This document shows positions 1 through 12,487 of a DNA stretch of 64,000 nt, piece after piece. Location of the stretch: positions 258,106,001 through 258,170,000 of the forward strand of contig OZ024740.1 of NCBI GenBank assembly GCA_964016885.1. Direction: 5' to 3'. Source of the DNA: Eledone cirrhosa (lineage: Eukaryota). The notes beneath the pieces are model-generated. The model worked only from the letters and a program-made list of their open reading frames with translations, had not been told where the DNA came from and did no database searches. Both the position numbers and the translations under genes were made by a program. The first letter of the stretch is position 1. Each line of letters opens with the position of its first letter.

Positions 1-1945
1 ATTTTTAGCAAGGGTGGTTTGGCTATTTTGGGGAATGAGGAGAGTAGTGGCAGTTGATAACCATCTGGGCAGTTCTTGTGTGCCTTTAATGGTTTCTGTA
101 AACAGCCGTATGAGATCTTGCCGATAGAAAGTGAAATTCTTCAACCTGTATCCTGTAATGAGGTCTGGGCCTGGCGATTTCCTTTTCGACATTTTCTGTA
201 GAGCTGTTTCCAATATTGACCCATCTATGTCATATTGTTTTGTCTGGACATGTTGGCAGTAGTCCTGTTCCAGTTCTTTTAGCCAATTAGTTTGTCTGAT
301 GAATCCGTCATCCGTTTCCCATACAGATCTCCAGTAGCTGTTAACCTGTTCTTTTGAAGGGGTGTCATTTACAGGGATTGAGCTTTTGCCACCGAAGCTG
401 CGATAAACTGATTTAGGATCTCTGGCAAACAATCTATTTAGCACTTGTCGTTTATGTGCTGTTGACTTATATTTTAGTCTTTCTGTTGTAGCTGTGAGTT
501 GTTGTTTCAACTGGTGTAATTTGGAGTTCAAAGTTTTAAATTTTGTATCTCCAAATCGTCTCTCTAACATTTTTTTTTAGGTCTTCCTGGTGTCGTGTGA
601 AGTTGCTCTCTATGTTGCATTTCATAACGACTGCGATGTGTGAGATACTTCGTCTCAGGGACAAAATTTTGGTTTTTAAATTTCGCATCCACGCTGGTTC
701 AGGCTTTCTGTTTGTATCTTGATTGCGTGGTTTTAGATGTGTGTTATATGATAGCAATTTGACAGCTGAAATATATAACAAAATATTAAGCGTTTCAAAT
801 GTCGTTTCTACCCATTTAGATCGTATAGCCTTCAGATAATTGCCAGCTATTTCGTTCACTGCTTCCAATTCCAATTTAGTGAGTTCTTTACTGATTCTGG
901 TGTTGTATGGTCTGTCACTCACATTAAGGCTGTGTATCTCTTGAAACATATCGTTCCATATCACTTGTAAGGTGTCCACAAGTTTTTGGTGTTCTGTTTG
1001 TTCAGTAGAGTCATGAATTTCAGCAAAATTGTTGGTGAGCTGTTCACTGTTATATTTAGCTGGCCATTCTATTTGTCTGTCAGTGGATGTGGGGTGGTTG
1101 TCTACAAGGGCTGTATTTCTAGTATCACTCAATTCCGTTAGATGTATCAATTTACATCTAATAAAGTTTTTAGCCTTTGCATAAAACCGAACTTTTGGGA
1201 TTCAGATTGTTTGTATGCTTCATAAAATTCTTTGTTAAGCTCGTAGCTCCACTGTATACAACGGTTGTAGTTGCGATTTGGTCGAAGGAGACTTCTACTT
1301 TTTGCCATGATGAGTTCGTCTATTCACTAATATTTCGTATTTATTTTTCAAAATAGTCGATGATCATCTTTAAAAGTTTCGACAAAGTTCTGTCAGAATC
1401 AAATTTAAAGTTATTCACAGCTTGGGTAATATTTCTTTTCAGTTAGTTTTTAATTCTACAACTGTGCTTTAAACGTTGTTCTTGAATCGTTTGAATCGAG
1501 AACAAAAAGAACCCTTACTTAGTATATTCCTTTATGAATGTAATATAATATAACAACGCTGTATTTATATGTTAAAGTTTATGTATCATTCATATAAATA
1601 GGTGTTCTACAACTTATTCACAACATATTCACAGTTCAAACACTTATGTTTTTGTTTCTGAATCGAAAACGTTACTTGTATATTTCTTTATAAATGTAAT
1701 ATAATATCGTTGCATTTATATGTTGAAGTGAATGTATCGTTCATATATCATAAGTGTATGTATCGTTCATATAAATAGGTGTTTTACAACACACTTACTG
1801 TTCAAACACTTATGTAGAATTATTGTATGTAATCTTACCGCGTAATGTAGCTCAACTTTTTCCAATATATGGTATGTTGCCTTCATGTAAGCTGTAATTA
1901 CACACGTCCGATTATCGGACGCTGACCACAACGGTCGCCATTATA
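1..1945 (-). mobile_element. R4/Dong-clade (RLE) non-LTR retrotransposon: 5' UTR and degenerate N-terminal ORF, running off the window start
   Basis: Minus-strand translation from the ATG at 1308 gives MAKSRSLLRPNRNYNRCIQWSYELNKEFYEAY...GFMQRL. ORF 536-1150 contains PAWMRNLKTKILSLRRSI. Positions 1-185 give KSPGPDLITGYRLKNF...LPRWLSTATTLLIPQN (start of RT). The putative 5' end abuts (CATA)n at about 1950. Confidence 0.8.
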
Positions 1946-1949
1946 TGTC

Positions 1950-2150
1950 TATGTATGTATGTATGTATGTATGTATGTATGTATGTATGTATGTATGTAT
2001 GTATGTATGTATGTATGTATGTATGTATGCAAGAATGTATGTATCTCTTTATGTATGTGTGTAAATATGTATGTATTTATGTTTGCATGTATGTATATAT
2101 GTACATATGTATGTATTCATGTACGTATGTATATGTGTATGTATGTAATT
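1950..2150. repeat. (TATG)n microsatellite, degenerating distally
   Basis: Read directly from the sequence. Confidence 0.95.
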
Positions 2151-2250
2151 TGACTTCTAATCTGTTCGCAAATATCTTCGTTTTACACTGGTTGTTGAAC
2201 CTGAAATAATTATGTTCATCATATACGAACAGTAGCAGAATCTGTAGTAA

Positions 2251-2434
2251 TAATTGTTTCTAGGTTAGGCACAAGGCCAGCAATTACCCAGTGCATTACT
2301 GGTACTTTATTTTATCGACCCCGTAAGGATGAAAGGCAAAGTTAACCTCGGCGGGATTTGAACTCAGAATGGCAAGGGCCGTAACTCTATACGTCAAAGC
2401 ATGGCGTCGGACCCTCTACCGATACTGCCAATCC
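2251..2434 (-). mobile_element. tRNA-derived SINE (~185 bp, Meta-domain-like core)
   Basis: Reverse complement of the family consensus: A-box TGGCAGTATCGG, B-box GTTCAAATCC, core TTTGCCTTTCATCCTTACGGGGTCGATAAAATAAAGTACCAG, tail AGAAACAATTATT. Confidence 0.9.
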
Positions 2435-2553
2435 AAATAATGTTTCATTCTTTGTCATACAATTAATTGGGAATTGTCAAATTTTCGACGCACTTCTGTG
2501 ATCTGCTACTACTACTTCTGTCTAATGTTATTTACTGTCATTATAATTGGTAT

Positions 2554-3076
2554 GGGGGTGGATTGGCAGTATCCGTAGAGGGGGTGGATTGGCAGTATCG
2601 GTAGAGGGTCGGACGCCATGCTTTCCAGTATAGTTACGTCCCTTTACGATCTAAGTTCAAATCCCGCCGAGGTTGACTTTGCCTTTCATCCTTACGGGGT
2701 CGATAAAATAAAGTACCAGTAATGCACTGGGTAATTGCTGGCCTTGTGCCTAAAGTAGAAACAATTATAATTGGCATGGTAGTATCGGTAGAGGGTCGGA
2801 CGCCATGCTTTGACGCATAGAGTTACGCCCCTTGCCATTCTGAATTCAAATCCCGCCATGGTTAACTTTGCCTTTCATCCTTACGGGGTCGATAAAATAA
2901 AGTGCCAGTAATACACTGGTTAATTGCTGGCCTTGTGCCAAAAGTAGAAACAATTATATTTGACGAATCCCGCCGAGGTTAACTTTGCCTTTCATCCTTA
3001 CGGGGTTGATAAAATAAAGTACCAGTAATGCGCTGATAAATTTCTGGCCTTGTGCCAAATGTAGAAACAATTATAT
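2554..3076 (+). mobile_element. Tandem cluster of the same SINE (duplicated head 2554-2580; copies ~2581-2767, ~2770-2956; partial ~2967-3076)
   Basis: Three head-to-tail repeats of the B-box/core/tail sequence. Confidence 0.9.
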
Positions 3077-3651
3077 TTGACGAGGTCGATAAAATGCTAT
3101 TTAGTATTTTTGGCTGTTTAGTCTGGGAAGGAAGAGCAGTGCCAATGACTCTGGAATACTTGTTAAAATCATCCACAGAGCAGGAAGTAGATATTAAACC
3201 GAGTCATAAATTAATTTAACCACATTGCTTGGCTACAGTGGGATTTGAACTCAGAACGCAGAAAGCCATAATAAATGACGCGAAACTTCTCACTCGACGC
3301 TCCACCAGTTCTTTTAATCCACTACATGTTAATTTGTTTTATCGAAACTGAATGCTTGAAAGATAGAAATTACAGCAGCGGGATTTGAATTATCAGAGCA
3401 CGGAACTCCAAAACAATTGTCGCAAGATATTTTGTTCTATGCTTTAACGCCTCTGCTAATTTGCTAAGTGTATGTTGCTACCACTAAATGAATATTTGCC
3501 TATGTATGTATATATATATTTGTATATGCATGTATGTATGTATGGATGGATATGTGTGTGTGTGTGTGTATGTACGTATGTATGTTTGAATGAATGGATT
3601 GATTAATTGTTGTATATTCCATCGTGTTGTGTATATATATAAATATATATA

Positions 3652-4260
3652 TTAAAAATTTTAAGAAACCCAAGGATAGGAAATCATTATTTATTCATAC
3701 ATATCTACGAACGTTTCAACGGGGCTAGAATATTGCATCCATTTGTGGAGAGACTCGAGATTACCAGCTAACAATTATCTTCGTTATAGGTGTTTTTTCT
3801 AACCGTATCCTTTCATGAACTATATAGAACAAAATAACAATAATTAATATCATAAGACAAATATCAAGAAAAAGAGAATGGAGCTTTTAGACAGGCAGTT
3901 AAAATTTCAAGGGCAAATTTAGGATAAGTTTGTACAAGTTTTATTTTCAACCATGCATGTTTATAAAATTACCTGAGTATATTTTTTCCAGGAAAATGTA
4001 TTTTTTAACTGGGTATAGAAGAAATTATATATATGGAGTTATGGATATTATTATATATAGTATCTGTATATAATTGCCTATTATTTTTCCTAATCAGGTT
4101 CTAAAGTTAAATTTGTATTTTATAAAGCTGAGACATTTCAAATAAAATATTTTCATTTCCAGTTCAACATATCGTTATTTTATGGTGTCACTTGGTTTAT
4201 GTACACTGTCTAAAAATATTTTCCTACTTAATATATCTTTCATGTCTTTATAATAATTTA
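3652..4260 (-). mobile_element. Decayed PLE 3' end/pLTR; diverged inverted partner of ~5330-5860
   Basis: 3655-4020 is a diverged reverse complement of ~5380-5745. Both carry the HHR-like 3' half GAAACGTTCGT. Confidence 0.5.
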
Positions 4261-4876
4261 TATATTGTTTTTTACTTATTTTTTCAAAGGATGACTGTTG
4301 TTTGTTTTGATTTAGGACTTATTTATTTTGAATCTTCTTATTTGACTGGAATAATGTATTTATTTTAATTTTATTTTAACTTCCACCTGAATTATCATTC
4401 TTATAGAGTTATATTAATCTATAGATAAAAATAAATCAAAACACAAAACTACGAGAAATAACCATAATGTCAAACAAAAGATAATGTTTGAAATAAAACT
4501 CTCTAAAAGGCTACAAAATAAATTCCCAAATACGGGCGCGACATTTAATGACCTAGTTCACGTGACAGCCATAATTTCATTTATAACCACTCAAATTACA
4601 TTTATAAAAAAAAAAGCCTTCGTGAGCCTCTTTTTTTAAATAAAAAGAAATTCAAACACTCATATATGAAAAAACAATCTGAGCCCCCCCCCCCCCCGTT
4701 GTTTGAAGAACTTTGTAACGCGAACAGGCGCGAAATTTATTATACTTATTGACCAACCAATCAAATTACTTCTCTAAAAACCTGGCGTTTCGAGCCACTT
4801 TTTTCCATATAAAACAAGTAACATTCAAAGACCAACCAGATGTGAGAAAAACCACAGACCCTCCATCTCAACTCTA

Positions 4877-4913
4877 CTTTTGAAAAAGAGAAGAATTGCG
4901 AAACCGGTAAAGG
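4877..4913 (+). ncRNA. Degenerate minimal hammerhead motif (U3-A8 core variant) in a pLTR remnant
   Basis: CTT-TTGAAAA...GAAACCGGTA-AAGG. The palindromic ACCGGT helix III matches the motif at 12216-12253. Helix II has decayed. Confidence 0.4.
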
Positions 4914-5055
4914 AACCAAATAAATATATATATATTTTTTTAAATACAACACCAGTCGCATTTTCGATTTCATCTTTTTTTCTTTATACTTTCACTCGTG
5001 TAGGACACCTCGGTTATTTTTCATTTTGTAAAAAAAAAAAAAAAAATAAAAAAAC

Positions 5056-5109
<54 letters not shown>

Positions 5110-5329
5110 AAATGTGTGAAATCCTTGGTACGGTTAGGTATACAATGAGGTATATGATCTCAGTTTGACAATCGCCACTGACGAATGCGAGAGAGTTCTC
5201 CAGGAATGTTAACCAGGAATCTTTAAAAATCTTCCCACCGAAATTAACAAAGAGTTTACTAGACTTGCATAGGATATTAACTTACGAAAACCTACTAAAT
5301 ATTTTCAAATCTTTCTCTTATAAATTGAA

Positions 5330-5860
5330 CAAACTACCTTAACTTTATAAAGAAAATTTTAACAATCCCCGCTGTAACCAATTCCTAGTTATAACATAGA
5401 TTTTCCTGAAAAGAAATGCACAGATAAATTTATAAACTTGTATGCTTGAAACAAATCTTGTACAAGTTTATGCTAAATGTGCCCTTGAAATTTTAACTGG
5501 CTGCCTAAAAGCTCCATATTTTGAATCATCCAATTTTCTTGATATTTGTCTTATGATATTAATTATTGTTATTTTGTTATATATGTTTATATCGTTAGGA
5601 TACAGAATCCATAGGGGAGATAATTGTCAACAGTTAATCTCCAGTTTCTTCGCAAATTGATGCGATATTTTAGCCACGTTGAAACGTTCGTTGAGATGTA
5701 TAAATGATTAATAATTTCCTATCCTTAGATTTCTGAAAATTTTGAATTTTAAATGCTCTGCTACCTGAACCGCCCTAAATCATCCAGTCTCCTGAAGAAC
5801 AGGGGAAGGTAGAGTGCATCGAGCTTATCTTACCTTATCTATAGTAAAGTACTACACTAT
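5330..5860 (+). mobile_element. Decayed PLE 3' end/pLTR
   Basis: Inverted homology to 3655-4020, with an additional 3' tail. Confidence 0.5.
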
Positions 5861-7341
5861 AACCTCATCCATTTCCACAATGTAGGTAGGTATGTAGGTA
5901 TGTAGGTATATATATGTATATATGCAAGTATGTATGTATGCATGTATGTATAGATGGATGGATGTATGGATTTGAAAGAGTTGTTCGTGAACAACAAATC
6001 AATAGTGGCCATCAAACACAATATTGCATGTTGCTTGGTGCACGATATTGAGCAGCTAGTCCTCAAGGTTCGGCGATATTTGTTAACCCGTTATAAAGAG
6101 ATTAAGAATTGTAAACTATTTAATTCATACCCTTTCAATATCTAACTTTCTATTCACCCCCGTCAAAATTTTATTCGACCGTAAGTTTCTATGTGGACCA
6201 TTTTACAATGCCCTGCTTTTGGTAGGGAAATAACTGTTATTAATTTCAAATAGTAGAACATTATAAAAAAAAATTTAACGATTCGAAAATCTTAGAAAAT
6301 ATCCATGTCATTTCCTACCCGCTCCATCCATTTCCACAAAGTTGCACACGACGTTTAAAATTCTATCATATGAGCAATCTGAAAACAGCAACGGTAAAAG
6401 ATTCCTGTAAAGATTAAAATTCAATTAAGTTGACTTAAATTATTAAAGAGATAAGCAACAGACGTTGATAGGATCTCAATATTGCTGTATTTATTTCCGA
6501 TTTTCTTTACAAGAAACACACCTAACGCTTGTGATTTGAATAAAATCATTACATGATCAGATTCCTGTTGTTGTATAATTATTTGTCCGAATCTCATATG
6601 GAATGGATGGTTTCAGTGTCAGATTATGTATTACTAATTTTGTAGAGCATATCGTTTCAAACGTATTACCTGATACACCAGACGTATTAAAATTTCATTT
6701 CTATTCACCTCCAAACAAACTAATTGAATATAAAACTAGAAAATATAATAATTTTACTCGTGTGTAATGCCACTTACATGATGAAAGTACTTGGGTGATT
6801 CTTCCTCTAGCTTCCTGTCTCTCACTTTTTATCCTACTCTGGAAGAAACCTGCCTTAGTCAGGCCTAGAGAGAGATGGGCTCCACCAGGTTTTAAATTCC
6901 TCAAGAAACGCCGTACAATATGCCAATATGACATCCGACTCGCTCGGGAGTTACGGTACCATACAATACGTAAGAAAAAGAAACAGTAAATACAACAATA
7001 AAATGGATATGAGGCTAGTCTACATGAGCCAGTAATTTTGTTCTCCCATTCTAAATGGATTGATATATGCAGATAAGTAAAGTCACAAATTGAAAAACAT
7101 AACAAATTTATTCGGAACTGCCGACATGTAATTCGTGCCAAGATATCTATATGGATTATTTTAAGATTTGATGTCGAAGTAGCATGATGGAATGGCAATG
7201 ACGTTTTTACATTCAATGAAACAAAGCGGTATCTTTAGGTAATTTTCATTTACTATAGTCTTTAGTTGATCAAAGCTCTGAGAGTGACATCGGGGAGAAG
7301 GAAACTGTTCCGAAATCTATAGAAGGAAATAATCTGTGTCC

Positions 7342-7551
7342 TCTTCAAAAGATGTAATTCTCTCCTAACACTATATTCCGTATAACATCAGTAATTTTAA
7401 TAGTCATACTATATGTATGTGGGTGTGGGTGGGGGTATATATATATATATATATATGCCCCCACCCACACCCACATACATATAGTATGACTATTAAAATT
7501 ACTGATGTTATACGGAATATAGTGTTAGGAGAGAATTACATCTTTTGAAGA
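7342..7551. repeat. Fold-back inverted duplication (~94-bp arms) centred on a (TA)n tract
   Basis: TCTTCAAAAGATG...GGGTGGGGG-(TA)n-CCCCCACCC...CATCTTTTGAAGA; arms are essentially perfect. Confidence 0.95.
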
Positions 7552-7926
7552 TACATATTTCAGAGGTACTGAGCTAACTTCAACAGTATGTCCTCATCAG
7601 ATCAAATAAGATGATGCATGACATACCCTGACATAGTGGGTGGTACCATGACATAGTAGATACTACCATGACTGAATCTTAACTATCTACTATGTCAGGG
7701 TATGTCATGCATCATCTTATTTTATCTGATGAGGACGTACTGTTGAAGTTAGCTCAGTACCTCTGACATATGTATAATAAAATATACTTGATCACACGAA
7801 TGTCTATTTTTATTAATATTTTGAATTAATATTAATAATTCCGGAAAACCATTTTCGTTGAGTGCTTCCAATCTATTGTAAAACTCATTCTTTGATTTAT
7901 TCATTGAACCTTGTTTAACCTTTCAA
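7551..7926 (+). mobile_element. Non-coding HHR-bearing pLTR/retrozyme-like insertion with 5' inversion
   Basis: 7551-7637 is the reverse complement of ~7689-7775. Plus-strand HHR: TATTTTAT-CTGATGA(7726)-helix II GTACTG/CAGTAC-GA[C]A-TATGTATA-ATAAAATA. The minus copy keeps GAAA. The 3' end joins (TA)n. Confidence 0.75.
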
Positions 7927-8004
<78 letters not shown>

Positions 8005-8589
8005 GATGGCTGCGCGTTGCAAATGGTGGTGCATATGAAAAAGTAAGTCCTTCATCAGTGACCCTCCAACCGTCCCAGGCATTTCATCGCTTTAAGGGCC
8101 ATATACCTCAGGTTGGTGCGAACAACGGCTAAAAAGAGTCGTTGGGACACGTAAATAAAGGGGACGTTAGGGTAACAAACAAAATGGTTTAAGCAACGGA
8201 AAGTGAGAAGAAATAGACAAGTCCCAGATCTCTATGAATATAAACTCGGTGAAATCGTGAACAAGAGACAAAAGACCATCAAACCTGGTTGAAATGTGAG
8301 CAAGGAAGGAATTTCAATGAAACGATATCCAAAAACATTTTTTCATATTAAGAAACAACTAGTATTATGTACATATATATAGAATGATAAATAATAAATG
8401 TTCTCACTTAAAGAAAGAATGAAACCAGAATTGGCTAGATACATGAAAACACAATTTTGCACATCGTTTAAATCTGTATAGTTTATGCACTGGGCTTAAT
8501 ATTCATTGAGGTTTCTTTCACTAACATACTCAATATATATTTTATATGTATATATTAAACCTAATTATACTATATATAAATATATATAT

Positions 8590-9459
8590 GCGCTGAGATA
8601 CAACCGGTACTGGCATTGATAAATATGGTGGGTCCGTCAAACTTATTATTATTATCTCCCAACTAGCAAAATATTGAGAGTAAGTTAAACAATTTTTCAC
8701 TTTCTACTGTGTTTTTGTTTTGATATGCACTGTTTTCCCTGCTACTAATTTTGTCTCACACTCTTTTAAGTTGTGAATTAGACTGGTTATCTACGCACGT
8801 GGCTGACACATTTCGGCTCGCTACTATATTGTTATATAAAGTCCGTTAAAGGTTCTTGGCACTACCATTGTTACCATCGCTTTCCTCTAGGCATGGGGCT
8901 TGGAGAACCGAATGTTACCATTCTATTTTATATCAATTTGAACTGCTATTTCTAATAGCCATCTTTTCACCCCTTGATCATTTGTGTGTGAGACACGTTG
9001 GCTGAGTCTTCTGACAGGAACTAATAGATTGATTCTTTTTAGCTTCCCGTCCCCGCGTAAAATTTGTAAATCACTGGCTAGTTGAGAGATAGAGTCCTAT
9101 CGGTTGCCAGTTGCTAATCGCTTTACCGTGTCGGTTGCCACAAACAGTCATGAGCGGCATGGGCTGGTTTGGGGATTCTGTTGATCGATTGGTTATTGAT
9201 TAGGCGATACCCGCTGATAAAGCCGCATAAGCCGATGGTGCATTGTTGCATAATATATGCAGACAGATGGTGCAATGCACCTTACTGCTGCATTAGTGTT
9301 GCAGAAACTCGAGTCCGGGAACCTTATAGGCACCCGATTTACGTGTGCTGTGTTGAGGCAAATAACTATGTGTATACTCTGGTAATGTATCTTACATTGC
9401 CCATTGAGTGCGCTGAGATACAACCGGTACTGGCATTGATAAATATGCTGGGTCCGTCA
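8590..9459 (+). mobile_element. Non-coding 820-bp-unit element with a 50-bp terminal direct repeat and one HHR (retrozyme-like)
   Basis: 8590-8639 is repeated at 9410-9459. Homologous to ~39990-40352. HHR at 9210-9319. Confidence 0.75.
9210..9319 (+). ncRNA. Type I hammerhead motif with extended helix II (G8A substitution)
   Basis: CCCG-CTGATAA...GAA-ACTCGAGT-C-CGGG: helix I CCCG/CGGG, palindromic helix III, GUC cleavage triplet. Confidence 0.7.
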
Positions 9460-9585
9460 TGTATATGTATATACGACAAATACAATGAGGATGATTAAAT
9501 AGCCAGAAATAGAAGCAACTACACCCCACCAAAAGGCAAGAACAAACTCGATCAATTCTGCGAACACATTATTAATTACCCATAC

Positions 9586-9797
9586 TGCCAATCCACCGCC
9601 ATAAGGGCGGTGGATTGGCAGTATCGGTAGAGAGTCGGACACCATGCTTTCCAGCATAGCTACGTCCCTTTACAGTCTGAGTTCAAACCCTGCCGAGGTT
9701 TACTTTGCCTTTCATCCTTACGGGATCGATAAAATAAAGTACCAGTAATGCACTGGGTAATTGCTGGCCTTGTGCCTAAAGTAGAAACAATTAATTA
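9586..9797 (+). mobile_element. tRNA-derived SINE inserted into the PLE, with a short 5' inversion and TSD
   Basis: Full SINE 9606-9797 is preceded by an inverted copy of its head. Flanking duplication ATTAATTAC[C/G]CATAC. Confidence 0.88.
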
Positions 9798-12215
9798 CGC
9801 ATACCACCACCTACACAGACATAAACAAAAACCAAAGCAAAAAAGAATGGAATGGTCTTAACAGACTAAAGAACGACAAACCTCTAACAATCAAAGACGC
9901 GGATAAAGGGAGTGCAGTAATCCGTATGAGGACAGATTACTACACGTTTCTAGTAATCTCAACTCTAGAAAACCAAACAGATTACGAAAAGGCCCAACAC
10001 TACACACAACAGAAAATAATGAGAAACCTAAAATCCCTAACAACCCTTTACAAAGAAGGCCTTATCGACAAGAAATACAACTGCATCACCAATTTCAAAA
10101 GCAGAACCAGCCTTTTCTACGGTATCCCAAAGACACACAAAAGCGAAGTAATAGGCATGGCCTGCAAGCAAGCCACATACATTTACGTCAATATACCTCC
10201 CCCTAAATTAAGATCCGTAATAGCAGTTACCGCATGTGAAACCCACCGCCTAAGCAACTTCCTAGATATTCTGCTTAAACCTTTCTAAAACACATAAAAA
10301 GCTTCATAAGGGACGATCTTGACATGCTCAACCACCTCCCAACAACACTTAATAATGAACATGCCCTACTAGTAACCTTTGATGTCATCAATCTCTATCC
10401 AATATCCAACACAACCTAGGTATAGAGGCAATAAAATTCTGGCTTGAAAATTTCCCTAGTGAACTTACACAGCGCATCCCTAAAGAATTTGTGTTGGAAG
10501 GACTCAAATTCATCTTGGAAAACAACTTCTTCGAATTCGATGCCAAATACTACAGACAGATCTCTGGGACTGCCATGGCCACGAAAGTAGCCCTCTCATA
10601 CGCCAACCTTGTCATGGGATATTTGGAAACCACTCTCTACCGCAAAGTTCTAGACAAATACGGTAACCACTTCTACCTACACATAGATAAAAAAAACTGG
10701 AAGAGATATCTGGACGACTGCTTCATCCTCTGGCATGAAAGTATAGAAAGACTGATAATGGACTCAACACAAACTTACAATTTACAATGGATTACGGACA
10801 TGAACGACTCCCTTTCCTCGACATCCTCTTCAAGAAAACAAACAACAAAATAGAAACATACATATACTACAAACCCACAGACTCCAAACAATATCTTCCA
10901 TTTAACTCGTGCCACCCTCGCCATACCAAAGTGACAATTCCTTATAACCTAGCCAGAAGGATCTACACACTAGTTTCAGATAAATACACATGCTATACAC
11001 GACTAGAAGAATTAAAAAACACACTTATCATCAGAAACTACCCACCATGCCTAATCAACAATGGATTCCAACGTGCCCTAAAACTCAACATCCAGGAACT
11101 CAGACACCCCAAACCCAGGAATGAACCGCAACACAAACCTCTACTATACATCTCTACACACAACCCACTCAACAATGAGGCATTCGACACCATCCTCCAG
11201 AACATTCCTTTACTAAAAAGAGACCCAAGAATGAACAAAATCCTCCAAACACACAACATCATAAAGTGCAAAAGACAGCCTAAATCCATAAAAAACATCC
11301 TCACACAAGCCAAAATCTAACAAACCCTCACAATGAACTCTACAGTAAAAAAAAAAAATGCGGAAGGTCCAACTTTGGTATATGCATAAATCTAATAGAA
11401 GTTTCAACATTCCATTTTAAACAAGGACAACATTTCACAGTTAAACACAACTTTACATGTGCATCTGAAAACCTAATATATGTGTTGACCTACTCAGGTT
11501 GTCAAGAGCACTACATAGGACAGACAAAAATCAGCCTCCGACAACGTATGACCGTCCATAGATCACAAATCAAAACACAGGAATACAGAATAATTGCTTT
11601 TAGTGAACATATCACCAATTGTGCACCTAACCAAAATCAAAACTTTAAAATTTTCCACATTTACAAATTCATAGACAACGCTTCTTTCATACATCGTACC
11701 AATAAGGAAACGTAATTCATTAACAAATTCCAACCTCTACTTATTGGACTAAACTTCGGACTAAACTAAAACTGCAACGAAAAATGAACCAAAACCAAAT
11801 TCCTATGTTCTCTAAAGAGTTACCTCGCTCACACCTAATCCTTTTTCGTATAAAGATGAATTACCTCCTCTCATTTCTCTCTCCCCTACCTGACCACCCT
11901 GAATTACCTCCCCTGCATATTAACTCTCTAAAAAGGGAAATCATATCAAACCCCAGACTACCATTTTCCTCCATCATGGATCAACTAAGCGCTCTTGCCA
12001 TAATAACACATTTTGAACTGCTTATCCTCAAGAACTATGCCTGTAAATAATATTATTTTTTCTTTCCCATTACCTTATCATGTTCCACATCACCCCCTTT
12101 TTCTTTTTTCTTTCTTTTCACTTCAAAAACCTTGTTTGTAAATATTATTTTTCTTTCTTCCCCATTTCCTTAACATGTTCAACATAACCAGCATTTTACA
12201 CCAATACAAATTCCC

Positions 12216-12253
12216 CTCTTTGATAATGCATAAAATGCTGAAACCGGTAATAG
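12216..12253 (+). ncRNA. Minimal hammerhead motif (U3-A8 variant) in the PLE pLTR
   Basis: TTGATAA-T-GCAT-AAA-ATGC-T-GAA-ACCGGT-A, downstream of the GIY-YIG ORF where PLE HHRs are expected. Confidence 0.6.
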
Positions 12254-12439
12254 ACAATTATTAAATATATTAAATAAATAAATAAATGCCATTGTTCATT
12301 AATAAATAAATTAACTAATACCTTAACACTTCACACAAAGTAAAATATTTTGTTTTAAACATTTTCTAACCCAGAAAAAAGAAAAAATGAAAAGGAAAAA
12401 AATATTTTTCTTCCTAATAATCGTCTTTTTCTCCCTATG

Positions 12440-12485
<46 letters not shown>

Positions 12486-12487
<2 letters not shown>

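Larger units (their letters stand above)
9470..12440 (+). mobile_element. Penelope-like retroelement (Neptune-type), frameshifted RT + GIY-YIG ORF and 3' pLTR
   Basis: Motifs TIKDADKGSAV, SGTAMATKVALSYANLVMGYLE, WKRYLDDCFILW, LPFLDIL, YYKPTDSKQYLPFNSCHPRHTK, a degenerate Cys linker (KCGRSNFGIC) and GIY-YIG FTCASENLIYVL...HYIGQTKISLRQRMTVHRSQI. Interrupted by a SINE at ~9586-9797. Confidence 0.92.

Noticed and set aside
1860-1945. Hairpin CGTCCGAT-T-ATCGGACG at the R4/Dong 5' end as a possible HDV-like ribozyme
   Set aside because: I could not identify the P1/P3/P1.1 pseudoknot elements by eye.
2554-3076. Possible tRNA genes or a CRISPR-like repeat array
   Set aside because: The A/B boxes belong to SINE heads without a complete cloverleaf. 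The repeats are ~190-bp SINE copies with no unique spacers, in a eukaryotic context.
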